Assembly (NCBI GenBank): GCA_001643675.2
Contig: LSRY02000022.1
Coordinates: forward strand, 310,001 to 374,000
Direction: 5' to 3'
Source of the DNA: Monocercomonoides exilis PA203
Taxonomy: Eukaryota > Protista > Preaxostyla
Length of the DNA stretch: 64,000 nt
The position numbers and the translations under genes were made by a program. Position 1 is the stretch's first letter, and each line of letters begins with the position of its first letter. Under the pieces are notes generated by a model that ran no database searches, was not told the origin of the DNA, and worked only from the letters and a program-made list of their open reading frames with translations. Shown here piece after piece: positions 46,200 through 58,500 of this stretch.

Positions 46200-47612
46200 C
46201 TAAATTAAATAATGACTGATTTTTACAGACACACGTGTGTAACATCTCAGATTTGGTAGAAGTTTGTAATAACTGAAGATAATGTCTTCGTACCCTTCCT
46301 CCTCAAACTTTCTCGATATGACTCTTTTAATTGTTTTTTGTTTCGTTTCGTGTTGTACATCATCCATTTCGATATTTTTTTCATGAAACTTCATTGACAG
46401 ATCCGAAAAGAACTTTACACACTTTCCTAAAGTAACTTCGTTAAATGTTGATTGATTAAGTTCCTGGAAAAGGAAATCAATTGCTCCTCCTCTCAACAAA
46501 TAATCAAGGTTGTCCAAACAACTGATGATTATCGTTTGAAAAATGGAAATTCCTTTCTCAAAAGTTTCATTGTGAACATTCTTTGTAGCTCCGCAAAGCC
46601 TCACAACGCTTTCAATCAACCTGATGCCCTCATCCCCGCTCAATGTCCTTTTGGATAAATACAAGTTGATCGTTTCCAGCCATCTTTGTATCACATGCAC
46701 TTCTATAACTCTGTCAGTTTCTTTTTCTTTTTCTTTTTCTTTTTCTTTTTCTTTTTCTTTTTCTTTTTCTTTTTCTTTTTCTTTTTCTTTTTTGATCCAA
46801 TCCACAAATCTCAAAAGCTCTTCCAATTCTCTTTCCGCCTCTTTGCAAAAATTCAGTTCATTTTCAATAACTCTTCGCATTTTCTCATCATTGTTTGTCT
46901 GCCAAACAATAAAATGCCAAGCTGATTGATAAGCAAGTCTGGTGAGGTTGCGATGCTCTTGATGATATTTGATTATTTCTTCAGTCTTATCGAAGAACTT
47001 AGCTCCATCTTCACACTATTCAAAAAACAACAAAAGAATAAATGAATTTTTCTTTCAACGTTTAAACACCCACACCTCGAAGCACTTAACATTTCCCAGT
47101 GTCAGCAAAGCCATTTCCACTTCTTTTTGTGTTTTCTCGTCTTCCTCTTTGCTCATAGCAACCTTCATCACGCAACAAATACATATATTGACAGTATCCT
47201 TTGACACATCATACTGGTTCTCAAACAAAGCAAGAAAACATTCACAAAGACCGATCATGAGCTTTTCATTCTTTTCCTCTTTTTTGTTTTCTTCCTCCAA
47301 CAACAACTTCTCGAATCTGTCGTGCAAAGAACAATCAATGAATCCAAGAAAATGAACACTTTTGAGCAGTTTGCAAAAGCCAATTCCTTTCAGCAGAATA
47401 ATTGAATTCTCAAGACACAAATTGTTCTTTCCCATCTCCTCATCAATTTCTTCAAAGGTTGTTCCTGTTGTGGCAGATTTTGAAACTTCATAGTCATTGT
47501 GAACAAGAAATGAATATATTTCTTGGATCTTTTGCTTCTGCTCGTCGCCTTTGTATTGTTTCAACTCAGAAAATAACTCTTTTGATTTATTGATCAAAAA
47601 CAATTGCCACAT
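46200..47612 (-). CDS. Uncharacterised alpha-helical (ARM-like) repeat-family protein, multi-exon, paralogue of 52279..53687
   Basis: Shares LFSEL..EQKQKI, ENSIILLK.IGF.K.LKS, VEMALL.L.N, H.NLT.LAYQSAW.F and EEEGYED.I with the plus-strand copy. Intron 47016-47075; contains an (EK)n tract. First exon unresolved (up to ~47740). Confidence 0.7.
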
Positions 47613-49649
47613 TAAGAAAAAAATTGAGAAATGACATGCTTTTCAACTCATCTGGTAAAGGCTTGACTCCAAATGGTTTGATATTCTTCCACTTGTTTGC
47701 AAATTGTGTCATCAGAAACACAAACAAAAAATAGCATCCATATAATTTATCAACTTGAAGGATATTGAATTCAAAAACAACTTCAAACCAACATGGATGG
47801 TGGCGGCTTCATTCTCAACCTTTTGATCCCTTGAAAAAATATGTTTTGATCTTCATGAATTTAATAATATGTGCAAATTTTTGGTTTTTCACAAATAACA
47901 TAGAGCACAGACGCACATGAAGAAGATATATGCAGAATTTTCAAAGAATTGTCCAAAACTGCAGATTTCCAAACTCCAAGAAGTTTTTAATTAAAAAAGC
48001 TAAAATAAAACATAATCAAAAAGCACCACAAATGGATTGAAAAGGATAAAAATTAGAAAGAATTTCAATTTTTATTTCAACAAAAACTCATTTGAATGTT
48101 GATTTGAAAAGAAAAATAGCTTAAATAAAAAAATCATTTTCAAACTTCAAACATTAATCTGTGAGTTTATCATTCATTCATCAAATATCAAGATTCATTC
48201 AAATGCATATTCGTTCAATTCCAACCAAACAAATAATTAGTTTGGCAAAGTGATGTCTCATGCACAAAGCTAAATTGCAATTATCATTCTCTTCTTTCAG
48301 AATAATTCAACAAAAAATCATTAAAATTGCATCACATATGAACTATTTTCTGAAACAATAAAGAAATCTCTGCATCTCCACCAAAAAAGAGATAAACACA
48401 ACCCCTCAATCAAATCATCTTTCTCTTTCTTTCTCTGATTCAAATATCCTCCTTCAACTCAGTCAATAAGCATTCTTCCCTTTCACAAATGATTCTCTTT
48501 CCATCATTTCCCCCACCTCATTCATCAACACTTCGCATTCCTTCCATTTTTCCTCACATTTCTCTCCATTCTTTCCACTCTTCACCTTCTCCTTTCATAT
48601 CTCCCTTTCTCCCTTCCTTTCCCTCTTTCCCAGAATTTCTCCGAAGCCTCAGCAGGTTCGGAGAAATTGAAACTCTTTCCTGTTTCCAGAGTCTGCCAAC
48701 CAGGCACATGAACAAATAGAGTTCGAAAACAGCTCCAAAGATTTTTCTCTTCTTGGGCTGTGCTGTTTGAGATGTTTTTCTTCATCTTCCTTTTCTTTCT
48801 TCTTCTTTTTTGCTCAGGATCTTTGACCAGCTAATACAGAGAAATGAGGCTTTTTCTGTGAAAGAAAAGGGAAAGGGAAGGAAAAGAAGGGCTATTGAAT
48901 GACAGGACTTTAATACGGAGAGATGGAATTCAGAAGGAAGATAAAGAGTGGTGTGGGTTGATATTATTGTGTCTGATGAAGGCGATGAAGATGAGGTTGG
49001 ATAAGAAGATGATTAATAAATCGAGCAAGAAGATGATGAAGTTAACATTAAAATCTTGATATTTGTTGGAGATGCAAAAATGAAAAAATTGATGGTGAAG
49101 ATAATAATGATGAGGCAGAAGAAGACGATGAAAAAGACGATGAAGATGATTTTGAGATCTCAAATGTCTGATATTTTCTGTTGGAGAATAGCCTCAAAAA
49201 TAAAACTTCGTTCTCTGCTAAAATGGAAAATCTTTCGATGGCATTGGATTGGAAACAAGGGACAAATGATTTCAATCCTTTTTTCCTGTGACTCATCCCC
49301 AGCTGCTTGCTGTTGCCAAGCTCCAAGATTTTCTAGTGTTTTTGTTTCTTGTGCCAAGCAATGAAATCCAGTTCCATCACACCCATTGATCAGAAATAGC
49401 TATCGAAACTGGCTGTTTATCCTTTTGTGATTGGAATGTGGGTGCATTTGTGTTTCCATTAGAGCTGCCTGCGGACACGATGGGTTATCTGAAAAAGCTT
49501 CTTATTGCTGGGGTAGTGCAGCAGTCGTATCTTCGCTCAGCGCCTTCTTCTTCCTCGTCTTCTTAATCTGGAGCAGCACGCCGATCAACTTCGCCATTCC
49601 GGAGGCGGAGAAGCGAAGAGAAGAAAGAAGAAGGAAATAAACAGTCATC

Positions 49650-51040
49650 ATCAGCACCTACGATTGACCCTTCGGATGCGTCGGCTGTGGCTGCGTCATA
49701 CACATCGACAGGAGCGATGGACGATATCGAGAGGCGGCTGCGGATTGTGGTGCCAGAGGCGGCTGGGGTGTATGGGCGGTACATGCCGCTGTCGCTGCAG
49801 CTGCTGATGTCGCCGCGGGCGCTGCAGACGCTGCGGGGATATGTTGTGGCTCGGCGGGCGGTGCTGTATGGGGGTGTTGCGCGTGCGTACGATGTGGCGC
49901 TTTCGTCAATGCTTTCGGTTCCGCTGGTCGCCCCGCTTCCTTCGCTTGCAGCGTCGGTGGGCACGAAGTCGGGAAGCAAGCGGATCTTTGCAGCGGCAGA
50001 TGTGAATGCATTCCCGTCGATCTACGATCTGTTTGACCCATCGCTGCTTCCGTCGGCGATAGCGCGGCTGGTGTCGCGATCGCCGCAGTCGAGGCGTGTG
50101 GTGGTGAAGCTGGACGATGAAGTGATGGGGCGAGGGGTTGCAGTGTGTGAAGTGGGGGGGATTGTGGAGAAGGAGCAGTCGGAGGAGGGGCTGAGGATGG
50201 AGGATGTGGTTCTATCGCTAGCAGCGATTGTGCTGGCTGTGCTGGAGGAGCGGGAAGAGGCAGAGGAAGGTGAAGGTTATGAGGAGAAAGACAAGTATCC
50301 AACAGCGCACAGAGAGTATGTTAGGAAAATCAAAGAGAATCAGGGGAAGTTGGAAGAAGCGATGGTGCCGCTGGTTACAGAGGCTCTTGAGCTGGCTCGG
50401 CTGTGATTTGTGAAGGCGGGTGTGGGGACAGAGGATGAGGACGAGGCTGGTTCATTCAACAAGTTAGACAAGAGTCTCTGTGTCGAAGAAGAGTTTATTT
50501 AGAAAAGGTAGTCGAACGCTGTACAGGCGATGGGTTTACGCGGCTGTGATGCTTCGTTCGCCATTTCTTACCGACCACGCTTTCTCAGCGGTTGTTCCGA
50601 TGGATGCTCCAATGGCATTGAAGATGGCAGCGGAGGATCTGCATTTCAACTTTGTTTCTTCTTCTTCTTCAAATTCTTCTTCTTCTTCTTCTTCTGCTGC
50701 TGCTTCTGCTGCTTTTTGCGGAAATGAGGAAGAGACGATACAAGTTGCGAAGTTCCAGCAAGTCGAGTTAACGAAGGAACACTGAGAGAACAAATTTCAA
50801 CGTGTGGCGTCTTTTCCACATGCTCTGAGCGAGCAATACCATTTCTTCCTGGTTTATACACTGTATCTGTTTGTGTGTAAAGGAGATGAAGCAGGCAGGA
50901 ATGCACGTGAGTGTATGAGGGTTGTTCCTTTTGAGTCTGCATATGCGATTAAGCGAGCTAATTATTTTGTGGCAGTGATGTTTGCAGAAAAGCAAGCAGA
51001 CGTTTGTGCGTGGGATAGTAAGCGTGGAGAAGGAAATTGA
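49650..51040 (+). pseudogene. IQCH: IQCH-like (ATP-grasp-like domain) gene fragment, disrupted
   Basis: LRIVVPE..MPLSLQLLMSPRAL..DVALSSMLSVPL..GTKSGSKRIFAAADV..YDLFD..VVKLDDEVMGRGVAVCEV matches the IQCH core as recalled. TGA at 50404-06, frameshifted downstream pieces, and stops upstream without evident introns. Confidence 0.65.
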
Positions 51041-52278
51041 GATGAGCACAGGAGAGGGAAATTCTTCTTATTTGAAACAAGGGCATTGCAGCTGTTCCAT
51101 TTGAAAAGGAGATGAAGGCAGTCGAAATAAAGGACGAAGGTGTAAAAGAAGAAGGAGAAGCAGAAGGAGAAGAAGGAGAAGATGAGAGAGAAAAGGAGGA
51201 GGAGGAGGAGAAGAAGAAGAAGAAGGAGAAGAGGAGTGAAAAAGAAACCACATAATCCGAAAAAATTCCGCTTGAAATAGACTGTCCCAGGGAATAACGC
51301 TCAACACAAATAATGCTGTTGGTTTGAATTGAGAAAAAAGATTAAAATTTATAATAAAAATAAGAAAAGCATTTATTATTAAATTTCCTCAAAAAAACAC
51401 ACACACCCTCCCTATTGCAAAAGCAGAAGATTATCCAATCACTGATGCTGTCAATTTCCTTTTCCATTGTTTCCCTGTGCTCCTTTCTCCATCATCCTTT
51501 TTTCTCCTTAAATATCCTGCTTTCAATGATACTATCCTCTTTTTTTTCCTGAAAATAATTTTCTATATTTTTCTTTCCAATAACTGTCCAATTGTTTTCA
51601 TTCCTTTTCGCTCTCATCAAAATGCTTTGAAATTGAATTTATTTTCATCTCATCTCCCAATTGAATATATAAAATTTGCAATTACCATCTGCTGATTGTC
51701 TTTCGGCATAGCACTCTTCTGATTATCTCCTCAGAAAAACAAAAAAATGGCCATTTCCATAATTTATCATATTCTTGTTCTCTGAAAAGATGGTTTATAA
51801 AAATATCTTCTCAACGAACAAGAACGATAAAAAACGCATACATGCAAATATTTTGATTTTTAAAAAAAATGTTGAATTTCCTTCAAAGATGATTTTCATA
51901 AAAATCATCTCGCACAATTTAATCATCAATGCCCCGCTGACGCAATCTCGTTCAACCACACATAATAACATCGCCTATCCAACAGAAAATATTCGTTCAC
52001 CGTCTTTCATTTTTTAGCAAGAAATATTTTTGTTCTTTCAAATCTGATGATCTGAACATCCATAACTGCAAATCAGAAAAGATAAATCGTTTTTTCTTTC
52101 TTTCTTTCTTTGTGACGACTTGCCAAAATGCAAATGAAAAAACATTTTGTATGGAAGATGCTATTTTCGTGATCGATTTGAGTTAATATTTTGCACCGAT
52201 TTCTTTTATCCAATGATATCTTAATTCAAATCAAATGACGAATTTTCGTTGTTTCCTTCTTGCAATGTACTTTCAAAA

Positions 52279-53687
52279 ATGCAGACAAAGAGCATAAGTG
52301 AAAGATTTTATGGTTTGTGCTCGTTGTGTCATAGCAATTCTTGTCTATTTTTTTTTTCTTTCTTTTTTGAAGATTTGTTTTCTAAATTTGAAGATTGCGA
52401 TGAGGAAGAACAGAAACAAAAAATAGAAGAAATGAATGGGCTCATGGAAGAGATGGATGAAGAAGAATTCACATCCATTTTTACGGTTAGGCTGTTAAAC
52501 AAAATACACAAAATGATTGAAGAAGAGAAACTTTCAATGGGAAATTCAATTTTGCTGCTAAAGCGAGTTGGATTTTGGAAAACATTGAAAAGCATATGGA
52601 GTCTGAATTTTAAAAATGCTTTGCTGAACGGAAGAATTGAGGCAATGATTTTTGAAGAAGAGAAGAAAAAAGATGGAAAGAACGAAAATCTGCTGACTGA
52701 TCTTTGCGAATGCTATATTTTGCTAAATGAAAAGTTTTCTTCTCAATTAATTTCAATATGTGTGCCTTTTCTTGTGAAAGCTTCATCGAACAAAGAGAAA
52801 AGTGAGAATGTTCAAAAAGACGTAGAAATGGCTTTGCTATCTTTGAGCAATATAAGATTTTTTGTATGTGGATTTCAAACTTAATTTAACATGTCATTCA
52901 TAATTTGCCAATTCCTGTTCAGGATGTGAGACGAGAACTTTTCTTGGATGAAATCAAAGAGATCATCAAATATCAGCAGAAACACAGCAATCTCACTCAT
53001 CTTGCTTATCAATCTGCATGGAAGTTTTTGATTGACAGATTATTATTGGATGAAAGTTTGCAAGATGTTGTTCTGGATGAGCTGCATTATGTGAGAGAGG
53101 AGACAAAAGAATTGAATGAGCTTTCAAAGTGCGTTGGCCACACCTCCAAAGAAAAAACTGAAGAAACGAAAAGAAAGAAAGCAAAATGGACAATATTGAA
53201 TTGGTTGTTTTCAACAGAATCTATTTTTTGGTTTGTCAAAGTGTGGAATGAAGAGATTTTTGGGCTGATTGGTTGCCTTGTCAGACTGTGCAGAGCAGCA
53301 AGAGAACATGAACTAGAAATATCAGAAAGGGGCCTTTTCGTTTTTCTCAAAATGGCGCAAGCCAGAACGAAAAGTTTTGGTGGGTTGCTTAAAAACGGAG
53401 TTTTTAATCTGATTTTGGAAGAAATTCTGCAAGCCCGATTTGAAGACAAGATAACTTGGGATTGCTTAAGATTCTTTTTGATTGTTGCGGAAGGATTGGA
53501 AGAAAAGGAGAAAGATGAAATGGAAGAAGGGAAAAGAAAGGCAACAAAAAGAGAGATATTTGAATACCTGGAAGAAGAAGGATACGAAGATGCCATCACG
53601 AGTTTTTGTGAAGTTATTCCTTTTCTGAACGGATGTGTTGGAATGTTAATAAAAGAAAATATTGCGTTTTATTTCTTGAATGTTTAA
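52279..53687 (+). CDS. Uncharacterised alpha-helical (ARM-like) repeat-family protein, 3 exons (52279..52312, 52373..52863, 52923..53687)
   Basis: GT-AG introns 52313-52372 and 52864-52922 are phase compatible. Collinear similarity and the same second-intron position as the minus-strand paralogue. Confidence 0.78.
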
Positions 53688-55579
53688 GGAAATGAGTCAC
53701 GCTGAATTTTCTTTATTCAAAAGATTTGTTTGAAATTTATTTGTCTATTTCATCTCACAAATTCTTCTTTTACAACTCAATATCTAATTCATAATTGTCT
53801 TTTTCATAAACAAGTGACAATGTCTGTTTTCCAACAATTTGTGAAGCTGATATATTTAAATTTTCAAATATTTTGGGAAAAATGGATGGTCAATTATATC
53901 TGGACATTTCAAGATAAGAATTGTGGAAAGAAAAATTGGACTTGAAAACGAAAAAACGAACAATTTCGAAAAGAATTTCTGTATCAGCACAAAAAAAAAA
54001 AAATCATTGAACTCTGTTGCAGTTTGCTTTGTTCATTTTAGGCTCACTTTTTTTAACAAGATTTTGAATTTTTAATTATGCTCTGAAAAAAGAAAAGATA
54101 CGAAAAAAAAATAAATATTTCAATATTGGTGAAAAATAGGCTCCAGAAAATAATGGAATCACCATCCGATTTTTCCTGCATTAAGGCATAATAATGGAAA
54201 CAAATATAGGATAACATTTCAAAAAGAAATATGACATTGAAAAGAAAACAAAAATTCAACATTTAACATACAAATAAACAAACTAATAATTAATCATTCA
54301 GATTATGAAACAAATAAAAATAGAGATATCATATATTAACCCAGTGAAGTGATATTGAGAATTGTAAAAACAACATCCTTTCTCCGCTCCCAAAAATTTG
54401 TAATTGTTTTTTTTTTTATGAAAAATTATTTCTCCTCTTTTTTTCAACTAACTATTTCTAATTTCACCTCAAATTCAACGGTTCGTTTTCGTCAAATTTT
54501 TAATTTTTCTCCATTTCATCCATCATTGATTGAAAGCATTTCTCGTCCTCTGCTTCAATTTCGTCTTTTGAATCATTTTCACTCAATTTTGATTTTTGCC
54601 ACAATTTTTGGTTTGTTCTCGAGAAAGATGAAGAATTCCAATCAGAAGAAGAAGGAGGAGGGAAGAAGAAGAAAAAGAGAAGGAGAAGAAGTTGATAAGG
54701 CAGCAGAAGTGATCGTGATAAATCTTTTTCTTTTCTTCTTCTTCTTCTTCTTCTTCTTCTTCCTTTTCTCCTTTCTCATCTTTCTCTTGATTTCCTTTGC
54801 TTTCATTCACACCAACTGTTGGCGTTTTGAATTGCGTTTTGCTTCCTTTTTCGTTTGCAGCTTCATTGAAACTCCACATAAACGATGCATTTGATAGGCC
54901 ATTCACAACATCATTTTTTTCATCATCATATTCTCCTTCACATCCTTTTTCTTTTTCTTTTTCTTTTTCAAAAATTGTTTGAAGATAATCTTCATGAAAT
55001 AATGTAGGATTAATAATTGGAGATTTAAAAAAGGAAAAAACATGTTACAAATTGATATTTGAAACTTATTATCGTTCTTTTTTATCATTCTTCTTCTCAT
55101 CTCTCTCAAAAGTTCTTTGCTTAATCAAAATAGAATGTGCTTTCATTGTTTAACTCCAACAAAGATAACACCTTTTTCTTTTTGTTGTTTTGATTGTTCA
55201 ATCAATAATTCATCATTTTCAAAAGGAATAAAAGAGATAGAAATGTTGAAATCCATTCAACAAACAATAATTTGACATTTCTGAAAACGGAAACCTTTCT
55301 TTCGGATCAACAGGCAATTGTTGTTCTTTTGAACTTATTTTCAATATTGATTTTCAAATGAACAAAACAAAACAAATGTGAAATTGTTGTGATTTGTCTT
55401 TCTTGATTTGTTTCGACTTTTCATAAAAAAAGTCACATGAATGAGATATAAAACATTTCTGGCTCAGCACATAAATTATTCATAACTTCAATGAATGAAA
55501 AGAGAAGAACAAGAAAATAATTGCTATCTTTATGCACACTGTCTTTTCTGATTGTTGTTTGTTGAATTCGCATCCCTTC

Positions 55580-58500
55580 TCATTCTCCATCACTCTCCAT
55601 CATTTCCATCATTTCCATCAACAATCGAATCACTTCTGCCAGTTTGGGTCTGTCATTCGGCTCGTCTCCCCACATCTTCTCCATCAGTTCAATCAACTCT
55701 TCTCCTTCGATTCCTTCTGTCAGTGGTCGCACCCCATCCCTCATCATCTCCTGTGCTTCTTCTGCCTCACACTCACTCAATGGCACTTCCCCGGTTGTCA
55801 TCTCATGCAGAATCAGTCCAAGTGTGAAAACAATTGCCTTTTCAATTTCATCATCTTCATCTCCCGCTTCAGGTGCCTTCCATCGCTTCATATCTTCCTT
55901 CTGCTTGTCATCTTCCAATTCCTCTGTCAAAACAAATATTTCACTGTTTCCTTCCTCAATAAAGATTGAATATGGGCACAATTGTTTCCCCATCATTTCC
56001 ACTCTTTCATCTCCAACTGATATCAAATGCTCAAACAGCTCTGCCACTGCCAACACCACTTCCTTCCCATCAACAACATCCATCGCTCTTGTTCCCAGTG
56101 TGAAATTGCCCTGAACTGAATGAATCGCAGAATGCAGTGTTTTGATGTTCTTTTTCTCTTTCTCTCGAAATGGCTTCTTGGCTGATATCACATTGAATGA
56201 ATGAGATTGTGAAGATTCACAAACAGAAGCATTCTCAGAAAATTGCAGCGGAGATTCCAAATCTGGAAGATCATTTTCATTCAGAATTTCTTCATTGCTC
56301 ATTGACGGAGGCTCTGGAAGATCTTCTTCATCGTTGTCAATGAGAAGTGGAATTTGGCTTGTCATCCCTTCCAGCAGTGTGGATGGCATTTCACTCATCT
56401 CAAAGCTCCCTCCATTGTTTTCCCTTCTTCTCCTCTCTATCTTCCCCATTATCTCCTCGTTTTCCAATCTCTCTTTCTCAACCCTCTTTTCTGATTCTCT
56501 CAGTTTCTTTCGCAGAAACACAACCACCACAACAAACAAACCAACAAAAATCACCAGAACAACAATGCACCCAATAAACGCAAATAAGCTCCATTCAATT
56601 TGTCCCTCTCCTTTTGATATTATTTCATCCCCCTTTGATTCAATCTCACTTTTGTTCTTCAGAATGAATGAATTTGTTGATGATGGAGATCCTGCATTCC
56701 CAAACAGAACGCACACACTCACTTCCATTTCATCTCTACAACTGCTGATCAGATCTTTTCCCACACTTCCTTCAACTTGTGTTTCTGACAAAAATCCATT
56801 TGAATCAAAATCATAATGTTCAATCTCCTTTTCTTCTCCCTTCCTCTTCACAGTTGAGAATGACAGATTGCATGGAATAAGAAGCAATCCTTTGAATGTC
56901 AATTTCATTCTATCTGTCTCTTCTTTTGCTTCCACACTCTCCAGCACAGGAATGAAAAATGATGAATCCCTCTCAGAAACAATCCCTTCAAAGCTGCACC
57001 CTTCATTCAACATCCAAAGAGATGAGTTTGGCAAAACTCCATCTCCTCCTTTCAAACTCAACACATTCAATGTACCTGAATCAGAACAGATGATATTCCT
57101 TCTCAATGATGGATATCCTCCAATTGATGGATTATTGTTCTCAAATAATCCCATCTCAATATTCACATTTCCTCCACCCATAGTGATTCCACCTTCTGGT
57201 GAATTCCAGATTGTTATGTCTTTCACTATCACAGAACTCTTCACAACATCCACAAGAGATCCATTCCATCTGCACATCTCCTCTTCGGCATTCAAATTCT
57301 TTTCATTTCTTTCCTTTGAACTTCCATCAAAAACGCAACTGTCCATTTTCACATCCAAACAATCCTCAAATTTCATCAATTTCCCTTTTGCTTTGTTTGA
57401 ATTAACTCCATCCATTGTGCAATTTGTCAACTGAATTGTCTTTTTCATTGCCAAGCAAGATATGAATGATTCTTCATTTCCTTCAACTGTGATATTTTCT
57501 GTGTGTAACTTTTCCAAGTTTAATTGTTCACATTCGTTAATATTTATCAGAGAAGTTTTAACTGTTGAACTGTAAATCGTTAATGAATCAATTACTGATG
57601 GAAGTGGTGATGAAAGATACAATGCAGATTCTTGAAGAATGAGATTTGATATTGTGCATCCATCAAGTTGCAATTCTCCCTTTGCCATATTGATAATGTG
57701 AAATGGAATGTTTGTAAGTTCTGTATTAACTCCTTCCACCAGTTGTCTCGATGAAAATGAGCAATTCATTATCTCAAGAATCCCTCCCTCTGGTGATATC
57801 AATGATTCATGTGAAGAGATGAAATTCGAATCAAACACAAAGCCCACTCTCAACAATGAGACTGTTCCTGTTGTTGAAATTAAAGAATCCTTTGTTCTTG
57901 TAATCTCTGTTTCAACTTCAACTTCGCAATTTTCTCTGCTCTTCGAGCTCAAACTCATTTCCTTTAGATCAATCTCTTCCCCAATCACACTCTCTTCCAC
58001 AACAAGAATTTGACTAATAAGTTCTGAAGTCAGATGCATTAGCCCACGCTCAATTGAATAACATGGAAGAGCATTTGTTCCACATTGCTTCTCATTCGAT
58101 CCATTCACACTGCAAACAATGATTGTGTCACTCTGATGGATTGTTATCAATCCGATCAGATCCGTATCGATTGGATAATCACAGCTATCAATTCCATATA
58201 TTGCATTGTTACGAGTGTAAGACCCCTCTCGAAGATCAAATTGAAATTGTCTTTCATTGATCTGCGACATGATGTTATAACATTCGATGAAAAAATCATT
58301 CCCCACTTTTGCTGTATTTGAACTGAACTTCATTCCCACAAATGTGAAATTCAATTCTCCTCTTTCCTTTGTTGCCAAATACACCCCTCCTCCTTTCCCA
58401 TTGGTGCAGCTGCATTGACTGACTTCGGACTTAATCATCTTCATCGATCCAGATGCACCCAATGTGAACAATATCGCCCCTCCTTTTTCACTCATTTCTG

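Noticed and set aside
46069-46245. N-terminal 59 codons of the 507-aa ORF
   Set aside because: They run through the ITR, host flank and neighbouring gene end from a non-ATG start, so they are not part of the element ORF.
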